From Lama guanicoe (taxonomy: Eukaryota): DNA of 64,000 nt. The number at the start of each line of letters is the position of its first letter. Positions within the stretch are counted from its first letter, which is position 1. The notes beneath the pieces were generated by a model. That model did no database searches. It was not told the DNA's origin and worked only from the letters and a program-made list of their open reading frames with translations. Both the position numbers and the translations under genes were made by a program. The DNA is taken from assembly GCA_013239625.1 (NCBI GenBank), contig MU054117.1:3896677-3960676 (forward strand). The letters are read 5' to 3'. Positions 25,771 through 38,040 of this stretch are shown here, piece after piece.

Positions 25771-26844
25771 GCAAATTAGTCAATTAATTAGTAAAAAAAA
25801 AAAAGGCAACTAATAAACCAAAAATGTTTTTAGCAGCAAAAAAACAAACTGAGTTGACAGACTCATTTCCCCCGGCCACTGCACAGGCGCTGGTCTTGCT
25901 GTCCCCAGAGCTGCCTGGACAGCCCTGCCTGGGGCTTCTTGAGGTTTCCTTGAAGTCCCTCAGAGTCTCTTGTTGGGAACACCGTCCTCATTGACCCCAG
26001 CTCTAGTTACCTTTGTTCATCAAACCAGCCATCACCCATCCCAGGAGATGCGAGGAACTGAAAAATGACCAACTTGTGTAGTGGGAATTTGATGAGACTG
26101 TTCATGGCAGTCAAAAGTATCTGTTCCAGATCTTCAAGGCAGACTTTGCAAATGAAGCTGTAAGCGCCTCGCCTGAGCTGTATGTCTTTGGAACAGGGCC
26201 CGTGTTTGGATAGGGAGATGAGACTTAAGAATGTAAAATTCAGTCTTCACTAGTAATGGAATATTAAATGAGTGGGGATAGTGCAGGGACTTTGACAGTT
26301 CTGTGTGGCCGCCTCAGAGAACTTGGCTTGTAAAATCCAAACGAGGTGTGGACCCTGGGTCCCCCCATGTTTCCCATTTCGTCCTCTAGCTGTCCAGTTC
26401 ATTCCATCTGGCTTCCCACCTGGACTCTCCTACTCTCACTGTTCCTCCCTGTAGGCAAATTGCTTGTAGACAGACTGAAAAAGTATACAATGGTCAGCGT
26501 TGTCTTCTCTTGGCCTCTCTAATAACAAAAAATAATTTCATTATTTCATTCTCCTTCTTAGATGCCATGCTGTTCTTCCCTGGCATGAAGTTGTGATTCT
26601 CTGACGTGTAAGCTGGTGGTTCATGGCGGGGACCCAAACGCCCGTTTCCCTGGGACACATACTTGCTCTTTATCAGTGTAGCCAAGCTCAATCCCAGGTA
26701 AGAGCTGGGTTAAGGGAGAAACGGGTCCATTCACTCTGGACATTCCCATCGTAAAGGTTTTGAGAGATCCTACTCTAAAGAAATCTGTGCAACTTTGCTT
26801 AACGCAGTAGCTGATCACTGAAGCTATTTTATTTCTGCTTAGCA

Positions 26845-27045
26845 GGATGGTGCTCAGCCTGGCAGTACCACCCGCCTAGCTCTGCCGATCTGGGGGATGC
26901 TTCGGTTACAGTGTCGGGAGCCTCTGTTGGCATTTGAGTGGTGAGGACCAGCGATGCTAAACATCTTGTGAGATGAAAGCAGTCTTTCCCGTTTACTGAA
27001 GGTTTATCCCACTCAAAAGGGCAGTAGTGCCCCTTCTGGGCACAA
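26845..27045. mobile_element. hAT-Charlie MITE (MER20/MER3-like)
   Basis: 'ttcggttacagtgtcgggagcctctgttggcatttgagtggtgaggaccagcgatgctaaacatcttgtgagatg...ttatcccactcaaaag'. Confidence 0.55.
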
Positions 27046-27399
27046 CACTTTATTTACATTTCAAAAACACTAGTCCTGGCCAGTCTCCTCATTGTACAGA
27101 GGGAGAGACAGGCTCAGAGGGCGGAAATGACGTGTGTGTCCACGGTCAGAGTCAGGACTGGAACCGTCTCGCCTTTCCCCAATTCTGTGTTCATTCCTCA
27201 ACACTACGCTGCCTTTATTATGTGAATACCAGCAGACTTGAAAGAAAAAACAGAAGAAGTTGTTCAAGAGCATTAAAGAGAGAGTTCCTTAGAGCCTACA
27301 GAGTGTCTAAATGCTCAGGGAAATATTAATTGAGGAGGGACTGAAGCAACGAAGCAATAAGAGGAAAAAGCAGCACTAGCTTTCCCGTGGCGACTCCGT

Positions 27400-27610
27400 A
27401 TGCCAGGCCCTTTGTCCATATTAGCTTTTCTATGCCCCATAACCATCCTTGCGCATAAAGATCACTGACTCCATTTTGCAGATGAAGACACTGAGGCTTA
27501 GAGCACTTAGCTAAGCTCCTCAAGGTCACAGACTTCATAGAAAGTAGCGAAGCTGGGATTCAACCCAGTTTTCATCTGACTTCAAAGCCTGAGTACATTT
27601 CTTCAGGTCA
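27400..27610 (-). mobile_element. MIR SINE
   Basis: 'ccattttgcagatgaagacactgaggcttagagcacttagctaagctcctcaaggtcacag...gaagctgggattcaacccag'. Confidence 0.8.
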
Positions 27611-27674
27611 TGCTGCCCCTCGGTCACCAGCCCGGGCTCCTGCTCTCAAAAATGGGTAGCAAAATGTGCTTCTG

Positions 27675-28070
27675 TATTGGTTACATGTCTGTTGTTAACA
27701 AGTAACAGAAACAGTTCCAGTAGGCTTAAGCAAAAGTGAGCATGACTGGAAGGATACTGGAGTTCATGGAATCCGCAGAGCAGGTGAACCGCCCGCTGCC
27801 CGAGGGCAGGAGGCAGCTGAGGTGTGCGGACACACTGCCCGGCGCCGTGCTGCTGAGGAGGCTGACTTTTCCCCAACTCCCAGTCCCTGCTCCTCAGGTC
27901 GCTTCTTGAGAGAAATACTAGCTCTGATTCTGTTTCCATCAGGTGTTTGCCCCGGTGTAACTGTGGCAGCGGTGGGGTCACGGAGCAGCAGCACGGATGC
28001 TGATAGAGCATGTCTGTGGGCAGGGTGTGCATCCCCAGCTGTCACCGTGACCATGGGTACATGGTCAATC
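27675..28070 (-). mobile_element. Old MaLR LTR (MLT1I/J/K-like)
   Basis: 'ttaacaagtaacagaaacagttccagtaggcttaagcaaaag...ggaaggatactggagttcatggaatc' resembles the antisense MLT1 end. Confidence 0.5.
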
Positions 28071-29609
28071 CTGGGTCACACTGTGAGGCAGTTGAAGTTT
28101 CTTTTGCATCCTTAGCAAAATGTCTTTGTGTCTCTTCAGTGTTTGTATGGCTTCTTCTGAAAGTTACTACCGCCTTTCTATATTTTCCCTCCCACCCAAC
28201 TTCCCTTGGGAGAGAATTCTCCATACTTACCGTAACTCCTGTCTGACTGATAGGCGTCAATGTCCTCCTCCAAGAGGCTTTGCATATTAAGAGGGCTTAA
28301 TGCAATGCAACCCAACAGCTCTTGATGGAGCTCACTTGCCTGTGAAGAGTCCTGAGCAAAGAGTGGTCCCTCCCTGATTTAAAGGGATTCAAAGACGGAT
28401 AAGGTGAAAATCTTTCCCTGCAGAAGCATACAACTGCCTGAGCTCAGTCAAGAGAATGAGTCTGTAACTGTAAGAAGGGAGATCTGGGGGAGGGAAGTAG
28501 CCTTGAAGGAAGGGTTGGCTCCTTAAATCATACCAGGAGGTGACCAGCTGTCTGATCTGTCGAGTTCCGTAGGTTTTCCATGGCATAGAAAGTCAGAGGT
28601 TCACATGACCACACAAACTCCAAAGACAGTCTTATAAGTTGGGGGCACGGGTAGAGCAAGGACATCTGGTTAGACCCTGGGAAACAAAAGAACACCATCC
28701 AACAAAATAAATCTTCTAGCCAGTATCCCTGAGGAAAATATCCCCTCTGGGGCCACTGGGGTCCACGTCATGGAACTTTCCATGGTAAAGGCCTGTCTCC
28801 CATGGGGTGCTGGCCAGGATACGTTTCAGGCATTCACATCCCCCGGAGGAGGCAAGAGAAAAGTGAGGGAGTACGTCCTCTTTCTGATCAGATCACAGTA
28901 CTACAGTGGAGGGAGGAGCCAGTTTGCTGTCCCTAATAGTCTTGCCTTTCCACGACACAGGGGGCCCTAAGAAAATCATGAACAGACCTGGGTCTGCACT
29001 GTCTCTTGATCTCTTTTCTCTGGATAAAGCTCACCCCATGAGCTTCTCCAGGGCATCTGCCGAAGCATCCTTTCTGGGCTTGTTCAACTCAGATAGGGTC
29101 ATGCTGTGGACACTTTGATGCTTTCTCATTCCCTCCATAAAAAATGCATTGTTTCTGTAACAGCCTGAGTTGTTTACCTACGATAAAGGGACCTACTCTA
29201 AAACGTTTGTGAAGGATACTGACATCCCTTTTGGGTTTTCAAGTGCCTCGTATTTGGACAAATACCCAACACAGCTCTACAAGTGGTTACTACGACAGGC
29301 AGTGAGGGAGTTACCTGGGGGCAAAGGACAGGGGCTTTTCATGGTATGTCTCAGAACATACCATATGAGCAACTGCTTACTTTGCTTCTGTGAAATGCGA
29401 TCTCTACATATGTGATGATGACTGGAGTCTTGAGAAGGTCTGTGACCTTGAAGGAATTTTAAAAAGGAGGAGAATCAGTCATGCTGTGTGAGTCCTTTAA
29501 AGTCAAGAAACTCAGTTCCACACTTTTGAAGACTTGAAGCAAATGTATTTCTAGACTCTCCCACCCATCCCCCTAATACATTTATAATTAATTAAAAATT
29601 CTTAAAAGC

Positions 29610-30650
29610 CACTTTAAAATTTAATTCCTTTGTGATTGACATCATGTTTTATACTACTTTAACCGTCTTAAATGTTTTGAGATTTGTCGCACAGCCCAGA
29701 ACGTGGCATCCTGGTGAGTGTTTCCGTGTGCTGAGGGCGTGTTCTGCTGTTGTTGGGCACAGTGCTCAGTAAATGCTAATTAGGTCAAGTTGGCTGATGG
29801 TGTTACATCTTCAATATCCTTATTTTTTGTCTGCTGGCTCTATCAGCTACTGAGAGAAGAGCGCTGAATTATCTAGTTGTAACTGTGGATTTTGCTGTCT
29901 CCTTTTAGTTCCATCAGTTTCTGCTTTTCGTGTTTTGAAATTCTGTTATTGTGTGCATAGTATTCAGGATTGTTATGACTCCTTAAGGGACTGATTCATT
30001 TGTCATTATTAAATATCCTTTGTCTTGGTTGTGATTCTCTTAATGAAGTTTATTTTTGAAATTAATATAGCCACTCTAGCTTTCTTACGATTGGCGTATG
30101 TGTGGCATATATTTTCTACCCTTTATTTTAAGTTATCTATGTCTTTGTATTTAAATTGGATTCCTTAAAGAATATTTTTAGCTGAGTCTTGTTTTATTTT
30201 CCAATTTCTGTTTTTCAATCAGAGTATTTACACTCTGTATATTTAATGTATTTAATGTCAGGGTTTAAATTGATTCTCTCCTATTTCTGTTCTATTCATG
30301 CCATCCACTCTTTGTTCCCTTTCTCCTCTGTTTTTTGTCTTCTTTAGGGCTCACTGAGTATTTTTATTATTCCGTTTCAACTACAACGTTGACTTATTAG
30401 CTATACCTCTTTGCTTTAATCTTTTTAAGAGGTTGAATTCTACAGAATTCACAATAATCACCTTTAAATTTTTAGAGCCTGCCTTCAAATAATATTACAC
30501 CATTTACTGTGTACTCTAAGAGTATTCTAACAGTATATTTCCATTCTCCTCCCAAACTCTTGTGCTATTGTTGTCACATGTTTTATTTCTATATATGTCA
30601 TATGCACAATAAATTCTCAGCTTTGACTTAAAAGCTGATTTTCTTTTCAA
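29610..30650 (-). mobile_element. Old L1M fragment (antisense)
   Basis: T-rich; 'aatgttttgagatttgtcgcacagcccagaacgtggc', 'aggtcaagttggctgatggtgtt', 'tatcagctactgagagaagagcgctgaa', 'aatatagccactctagctttctt'. Confidence 0.8.
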
Positions 30651-30984
30651 GAATAAATCTATATTGTAATGTGAAATTTCTCAATTTAAAATGTTGGCCA
30701 CCAATTCAGAAAAATCAAAGGCAAAACGCAGAGCCCATTCTGTGCAGGTAAAACACCATCCTCTATGATTAGGAATATTGTTTTGAATACAGGATCTGCA
30801 ACTTGCTGCTTTTTTAATTTTTCACTCACCAGTGTTAAGTGTAGATTTTCAATCATCAGTACCCTCTCGTTCCTGCTGCACAGCGGAGCTTGGATAGATC
30901 CACAATGCTTTGCTTAGCCTTTCCCATGCTGGTAAACAAAATAGATGTTCTCAGACTTCTGTTTGTTTCTTATTGTTTGATTAT

Positions 30985-31088
30985 TGTTTAATTAGGTTTG
31001 TTTGTTTATTTAATAGAGGGACTGGGGATTGAATGCAGGATCTCGTGCTTGCTAAGCACACGCTCTGTCACTGAGCTGTACCCTCTCC
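30985..31088 (-). mobile_element. tRNA-Ala-derived SINE, camelid Vic-1-like (more diverged copy)
   Basis: 'taattaggtttgtttgtttatttaatagagggactggggattgaatgcaggatctcgtgcttgctaagcacacgctctgtcactgagctgtaccctctcc' parallels the 4090-4267 copy. Confidence 0.88.
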
Positions 31089-31799
31089 ACTAAATTTTAC
31101 TAGAAACAGTTAAATCACTCTTCGGTGTGCTATAGTTAGTTACCTCTCCACCAGCTGGGACTCAAGTTACTCTAGAGTGCTTATGAGGCTTGGTGTCAAG
31201 ATTTTCACAGCTTTTTAGTGTTGCAGCAACATATAAAGCGTTCAATATTTCCTATGGTCATACGAGAATTACATTTTTGGAAATAGTGGCCTGTAGCCAC
31301 CATTGCTGAAAAATGTCCATTTGCAGAAGTCAATGGGCCACCTTCTTAGTTATTCCCTGTCAAGGACCAAGACACGGGAGTGGAAGAAACGACTTCTTTA
31401 AGCAGACTTTGCAAGATTTACACTTTGCAAGATAAGTTTTCAAGAGTCTAGTTCCATCTCATTAGTGATCATTTCTCTAACTCAGTTATTTTTATAATTC
31501 CAAAAATACAACAAATCAAAGACTCCTTCTGAGAGCGACCTTAGAGATCATGTAATTCACACCTCCCGCTTTTCAAATTGGAAAAAAAAAAATAAAGAAA
31601 CCCAGAGAGAAGTCACTTGCCCTGCTGATTCTTAGAAAATAATATTTGAAAAGCAGATGTCACGGTCCTCAGGCCAGGGTGTGGAAACACTGGCCCAAAT
31701 GCAGGATCTTTGGGTTGGAGGCAGCCTTAGAAAGGACCTAGCAACCAGGCTGGTCTTCATACCGCCTCCCGTGCTGCACAGAAAGCCTTCCAGTAGGCT

Positions 31800-32820
31800 A
31801 CCAGATGCTTCTCACAGCTTGAGTCGGGGCATTTGCTTTGAAAAGCAGTTCATTAATTTGTGAGAAAAAAAAATACATCATGATTGGGTCGCTGTGATTA
31901 TTAGAAAATCTTCTTTTCATTGGGCTGAAATCTGCCTTCTTGTAGTTCCTTGAACCTCCTGTACGTTCCCGTTTCTTGGAGCAGAGATGAATGAGATTCC
32001 AGGCTGCTCGCCATCCCACTTTCTGCCCTCTGCGTACTCTCCTAGTGGTCAACGGCCCCCTTAGAACGAAGCATTTAGAAGACAAGGCGACAGTCCAGCT
32101 GGGGTCTGCCCCGTGCAGGGTGCAGTGGGGCCATTCTCCTTTGATCTTCTCTGTATACCTCTATTAATAGAACCCCACCGTGTCTGGCTTTCTTGGCAGC
32201 TGCATGCCAGAGCTTATGGTTAATGGGAACACCAAGTTGTTGTTTGTTTGTTTGTTTGTTTCTTTGAATTGATGCCTAGTATGTCGGTCTCCTTCATCTT
32301 CTTTTTATGTAATTAATCACAGGAATTTGTGTTAAAATTCTATTTTTTAGCTTTGAATTAAACTCCCTCATCTCTTGAGAATGTTTGCATCTTCATCTTG
32401 TTAACAAAAGTGTTAGTCTTTCTCTGTGGCATACCTCACACAAATTTGATAAACGCCCCTTGTAGAAATCACTGAAGAAGGGACTGGCGAGGCGTGGTCG
32501 GCGGGGGCGTGGTCAGAGGGGGCGTGGTCGGCGGGGACGCAGATCATGGCACGAACAACTTTTGTCCAAGTTGAATGATGACAGCTAGGAATTCACATGC
32601 AGTACCTGGACACAACCTTTATGCCTCTGCTTGTTTGATTGTCTGTTTGTTTGTTTGTTTTAATACATGAAAGACTGTTCGCTGCCTTTCTGAAATGGAG
32701 ATACTCTGTGTAACTACAGCATTCTCCTGATTTACTGCCTGGGAACCATTTCAAAAAGAGGAAATGGAGTTAGTTCCACATGGCCAGTTCTCCGTGAACC
32801 CATATTGGCTTTTAGTGATC
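31800..32820 (-). mobile_element. CR1/L3 LINE relic with readable RT motifs
   Basis: Minus strand of 32665-32820 translates to 'ITKSQYGFTENWPCGTNSISSF*' and, after a frameshift, 'YLHFRKA', matching CR1 RT 'SQHGFTKNKSCQTNLISF' and 'YLDFSKAF'. Adjacent 'tattagaaaatcttcttttcattgggctgaaatctgcc' is L3-like. The left boundary is approximate. Confidence 0.75.
32491..32535. repeat. 15-bp tandem repeat x3 (ggcgtggtcggcggg)
   Basis: Units at 32491-32505, 32506-32520 (ggcgtggtcagaggg) and 32521-32535. Confidence 0.9.
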
Positions 32821-34116
32821 ATCTCCTTGCAAATATTAACTTATAGATCTCCTGAAGGCAAAAGAAGCAGGGAACTCAGTGCCAAAAACATAATGCCAAA
32901 GCCAAGTGGGAAAAAAAAGAACTTTTTGGAAGCATAAGGAACCAATGTTCTTCCAGCAACGTATTGTTTAAACCTCTTCTGATGGAGGGCAACCCACAGT
33001 CCTGTGTTTAGGGAGAGGAGACGGGCAGATTGTATGAGTCAAAGGCTTCTGAAGGTCTTGGGAAGAGAATGAGTGGAGTCTTTGTGAATGATGCAGGCGC
33101 CCTCCAGGAGAGCCCACGACAAGCTGGGACTTGCACCAACTCTGTCCTTCCCGAAGCACCCAGCGCTCCCTCCCCTCACCCCACTTCACTTGTCACCATT
33201 CTGCCTGCAGCACTTGGAGTCAACTCTAGCCTTTTTAATAAGATGGTTTGGAAGAGAGACAAGCCTTTTCAGTCTGAGAGATAAAAATAAAAGTGCCAGT
33301 GATCAGAATTTCCACATATGGGTGCAAATGATAGATGAAATTTAAAGCTGGCAACCGTCCTGAGTTGGAAGGATGCAGGCGGCAGAGGCTGGAAAGAGGT
33401 TTAGGGTTTTGTTTTGTTTTGTTTTTTTCCCAAGTGATAATGGACCGACCCAAAACACAGCAAGCTCTTTCCTTTTTAAGGGCAGCGAAGGTTGCCAGGC
33501 CTTGTGCGTTTGCAGACGACCTGTTCGGAGGCATTCTGCAGCCCCTCCCCCACCTCTGTGAATAGGTTTTCCCAAAATTCCAGGAGGGGGTCCTCTACAG
33601 ACCGTCCATCTGTTCTCAGGCACGCAGGGAATCTGGGTGACAATGACACTTGGGGATCACCTGTTGGAGCTCCGGAAGAGAGACCATACTTCTCACCAAG
33701 CCTTTGGGGATTTTTCTTTTTCTGCAAGACAGTTCTGCTTTGGGGTGTGGTTAGAGATTAGGAGGAAAGGCTAGAAGGGGCGGGGAGGGATTTGCATCTC
33801 AGCTGAGAAGGTCAGAGCCCAACAAGGGTTGAGAGATGAGCACATTGCCTAACACGAGGGATGAAGGTGTCTCTGAGGCTGGCCCTTGTGGGAACACTAT
33901 GCCCTGCGCTTTTAGAGCTCTGAGTGGAAATCCACGGACTCGGGCACTGTTAGGAATGTACTGTGTCTTTGGGCAAATCGTTCTGGCCTCAATTTACTCA
34001 CCTGAATGATGAGGAGGACGAACAAGATGGTATTTAAAAGACTTCCTGTTTTACAGTTCCATTCCAACTTCTGATCTGAAGAAACCCAAGGCTAAAATAT
34101 GGTCTAAAATATGGGC

Positions 34117-34290
34117 CAGTGGTTCTCAAACTTGAGGTCAGTGGGAATGTGACTCCCCTGGAGATTGTTAAAACCCAGGTTTGTGGACCGTGACACACTG
34201 ATCTGTGGTGGAGCCTTGGAATCTGCATTTCTGACAAGTTCTTGGGCGATGCTGCTGCTTCTGCCTAGGGACCACACTTTGAGAACCTCT
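34117..34290. mobile_element. MER5A-like hAT-Charlie MITE
   Basis: Terminal inverted repeats cagtggttctcaaact ... ctttgagaacctctg; internal 'ggaatctgcatttctgacaagttc...gatgctgctgc...ggaccacactttgagaa'. Confidence 0.88.
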
Positions 34291-34784
34291 GTCCAGATCA
34301 GAAGAATGCCCAGCAGGTTAGCAGTCATGCTTGGGAAGTAGCTGTCTACAGGGCTGACTTAAGGACTAGTTAGTAAGAGATGACTTCAGACACGATACCC
34401 AGATTTGGGTGTGCTCCGTGATGTGGGAGCCAGGGACTGGGAAGAGGCGCAGTCAGGGGTCTCACAGTGCACCCAGAGAGATGTCATCAGAATTCAAGGA
34501 AATGCCACCGCTGCTCAGAGTTGTTGAGTGTGTCTCTAACCCAGTCCTGGCCTTACAGATCGATCGTGCTCAAGAAAACCCGGTCAGAGAGGGTGCGTTA
34601 GCTAGGAGAGGCCCAGCCCTGCTGCTTAGAGCCAAAGAGCAGAGGCATTCAGAGGACTTGCGCTCTCAGACCCTTCTGCTCCCTGGTTAAATAGCACCGC
34701 AGTACTGTTAAGTTCAAGGAACTACAGCAAGTCCAAACCCCAAACAAGGGAAGAAGTCCTGGCTTGTTGAGAAAGATCTTAAGG

Positions 34785-34910
34785 TCATTTAATAAGTATC
34801 TACTGAGTAACCATTCCTTGCCAGGTGCTGGGGACGTCCTGATGAGTAAGACAGGCAATGACCTCGATGCCATGATGGGGCTTACAGTTTAGGAAAGGAG
34901 ACATGATCTA
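34785..34910 (-). mobile_element. L2 3' fragment
   Basis: 'catttaataagtatctactgagtaaccattccttgccaggtgctgggga...gggcttacagtttagg'. Confidence 0.6.
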
Positions 34911-37884
34911 AACAGGTGAGCCCACAAACCATTAATTACGGCTATTGTGTCACGGGGGACAACGAGGAATCCCACCAAAGTACGGTACTATCTACAGCGT
35001 TCAAAGCTAACTGAGTCCTGGCGTATAGCAATAAAGTCAAGGCTTTGACCATCAGCGTCCGTGGCCACCCCATGAGCCCCTCCCCAGTGCTGAGCCCCAC
35101 ATGCGAGGCAGCAGAGTGTAACTGAGGGTGGCAGGGCTTCTGTTCTTTTTATAAAATGCCACATAGATGCTTTAGGGCAATTCTCCCTTCACCCCCTGCC
35201 TTAGACAGACCTCTGCCAGAGCCCAGCTCCACGACCGCCCAAGGAGAATCTGAAGTGAGGTAAGGAAGGACCTCAGGGAGATGGAAGGAACTGGGGAAAA
35301 AAGGGTTAAGGAAACTTCAGACAGCTCAAGAATTGGGCAGAGAACTGACTTGCTGTCTCATTAGGGGATGGTGGCGTCTCCTCTCCATGGACACGCCAAA
35401 TACGACTGGAGTGTCTCGGTCTCTCATGATGGGGGATTTCAGGGGTTAAAACATCAATGCATACCCACTCCGGAAGTACAGTTCTGTTTCTTGGGGACCT
35501 TAATTCAACTGACAGGAAGTACTGGACCTTGAAGAATTAGGGTAAGATTCTAGCACAACCTTTATACTTTGAACGTGGCGAGACCCACTTGTTGGAAACA
35601 CGCCATAAGACTGAGCTCTTAGGCGGGAAGGGCGCTGGGAGGCTCAGCTCGCTGACTGCCCGCCGCCAGGCCGGGCCACTCGCATCATTCCAGACAGGGA
35701 GGTGACACTGCCATGCCACCTGAGGCACCAGGACAGCTCTCAAGAGGACAGTGGTTCCAGAAAGGTCCTCACCCCAAACTAGCCACTCCGAGTGCCATGC
35801 AGAGAACCACAGGGTTATTCCCTTGGTTTAGGGTTTTGCCTAAAGTTACAGCGCAGGTGTCACTCGAGGGGTGGTAGTTACTACGGTCTCTTATTCCATC
35901 AGCGGGAAATACTTTATCAGGTCCTTTCCAGTCGAAGCCAGCAGAGAGCGAAAGAAGGCTACCCTCCTGGGGAAGTGTAACGTGGGAGAGGAAGAAAGAA
36001 AAGGCCTTGGGAGGCTGCACGGAGGAGAGGACTCCCCAGTGAGGGAGAGCGCAGCGCTGTGCTGTTCTGAAGCATCTGCAGATTTCCAGGGTGCAGAGGC
36101 CCCCACCGTGGCTAAGTTCAAGCTGCCAGTGTGATGTCAACACAAAATTCCCGGAAATTAACAATCGGTGGGTGCTTGCTGCTGGGTGAGCGTGGGCCCC
36201 AGCGCCCTGCCGGGGGTTCCCATGGGCGGGTGGAGAGGCACTGAACGGGGAGACAGGGAGTCTCTGACTGCAGACTCGGCCATGGTGCTGGTCTGAAGTT
36301 GTCGAGGGCTGTATTGAGATTCTCCTGTGCTGTGGGCAGGCGGTGTCGTGGGGCCTGGGTGGCCCAGGCAAACATAGGTGGGACTGAAACTGCAGGCAGG
36401 TGAAAGGTTTGATGGGCCCCTGATGAGACCAGGTCGCCCCATCTGCCTTTTGTCACCATCACGTAGAGAGACAGTCGCAGCAATAATACAGCATTAATGA
36501 CATCATCGAATGATCACAGCTAATGTCCTGAAAGCGTGCTTCTCGGCGTGGGGACACCCATTCCGAGACAATGTCCCGGGATCACAGAGGGAAAGTGACA
36601 ATGAGAAGAAGGGAGGGCGAGGCCAGCTGTTCCCCTTTGTGGGGGAGGCAGGGACAGGCAGGGTTATTAAAAGCTCCATGACATACTTTGGCTTTGGCGG
36701 TGAGGTTATGTCTCAGCCTGTGGACCGCTCCCTTCGGAGCAGATCAGGAAGACACCAGGGCCAGCCTGGTGGAGTTATTCACGTCCGCGGGGCCTAATCC
36801 GGCCCCATGTGTTCGCTCTTTGATAAGGGTCTGCCTTATGTCTCCAAGCTGGACTTCTCAATTCCAGACAGGGCAGAAAAGAATGATTCCTCGGGTCCTA
36901 GGCAGAACTGTGGAGGGGGTGGAAGCTCCGTCCTTGCTCCCCTGCCAACTTCCCGGTAGATTCCTCCCAGCAGCCTGCAGCCAGCGTCCTCCTGCCGCCC
37001 AGGGCTCCTCCACCCTCTGGAGCGAAGTCGTCAGCTGTGTCTCACAGGACACATTTGCAACTTCCACCCACTGCTTCTAGTTTCTTTCTTCTAGCCCCAT
37101 AATGTTTTCGTTCCTAATTTCTATGATAAGGGAATTCCCTGTGAACTTCACACTGAGAAGTTAACGCCTTTGACTTAAGAAATCACCCCCTCCCGGAGGC
37201 ATTTGCTGCTTTACAATCAAGGAAGGATCCTAGCATGGCACGACTTCTGTCTCTGTGGCAGGTAAATGGCAAGATGGTTTGGGCAAGGTCTGTGGTGCTC
37301 TCACAGGTCCTCCCCGATGAGCGAGCACATAACCCTGCGTGTCAGGGCAGCCCCGACCCCCCTAACGAGGAACGGCATCCTGTCGTTTACCAGTAAGTCC
37401 AAGCAGGTGCATCCGGCATCAGCTCTTTTAATGGGGATAAAACGAGGTCCTGAAATGGCCCCAGATGGACACTGAGCCCAAAGTCCAAGAAGAGACTGAG
37501 AGAGACGTGGGAGAGCCTTTCCTGTGGGAACAGTCCACTGGGCAGAATGGGAAGCAGGGCTTGCCCAGGACATGAGCTTGGAGTATGGCTCAGATGCGTG
37601 ACTCCTATAATTTGTCTTTGTCAGAGATTCTCCAAGCCGGTTTGGGGCTGAGGCACACCCACGATACCGCAGGGTTCTCAGGACACACCTACCCGTCCCG
37701 ACCAACACACACAGCCAACCACGCTCTCAGACCCATCACCTCCCCACTGCTCTCCCCAGGCCCCATCCACGAGAGAAGCACCCGAGCGGGACTGGGCCAG
37801 GGGTGCTGCTCCACAGCTCACTGCGCGCTGGTAGCTCTGACAGCTGTCTGTCATCAAGGACGTGCTCTGCCCCGCTGCCGTGCA

Positions 37885-38040
37885 CCAGGCTGCACGTATG
37901 TCCGCACTCGTTTAATCCTTGTAACCACTCACTCAGTTTTGCACCGTCATTATTTTCATTTTAAAGATGAGGAAACTGAGACTCGGGCTGAATAATTTGC
38001 CCAGGAGCACAGAGCTAACAGTGAGGGTGGAACCCAACAT
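37885..38040 (-). mobile_element. MIR SINE
   Basis: 'tttaatccttgtaacc...cattttaaagatgaggaaactgagactcgggctgaataatttgcccaggagcacagagctaacagt'. Confidence 0.75.

Noticed and set aside
29341..29364. Hairpin atggtatgt-ctcaga-acataccat
   Set aside because: A 9-bp stem is far too short for a pre-miRNA and is plausible by chance in 64 kb
26060..29450. Short open frames with protein-like look (e.g. WEFDETVHGSQKYLFQIFKADFANE about 26083; KTDKVKIFPCRSIQLPEL about 28392)
   Set aside because: No recognisable family, bounded by stops and lacking convincing paired splice sites; a BLASTX of 26.0-29.5 kb would be decisive
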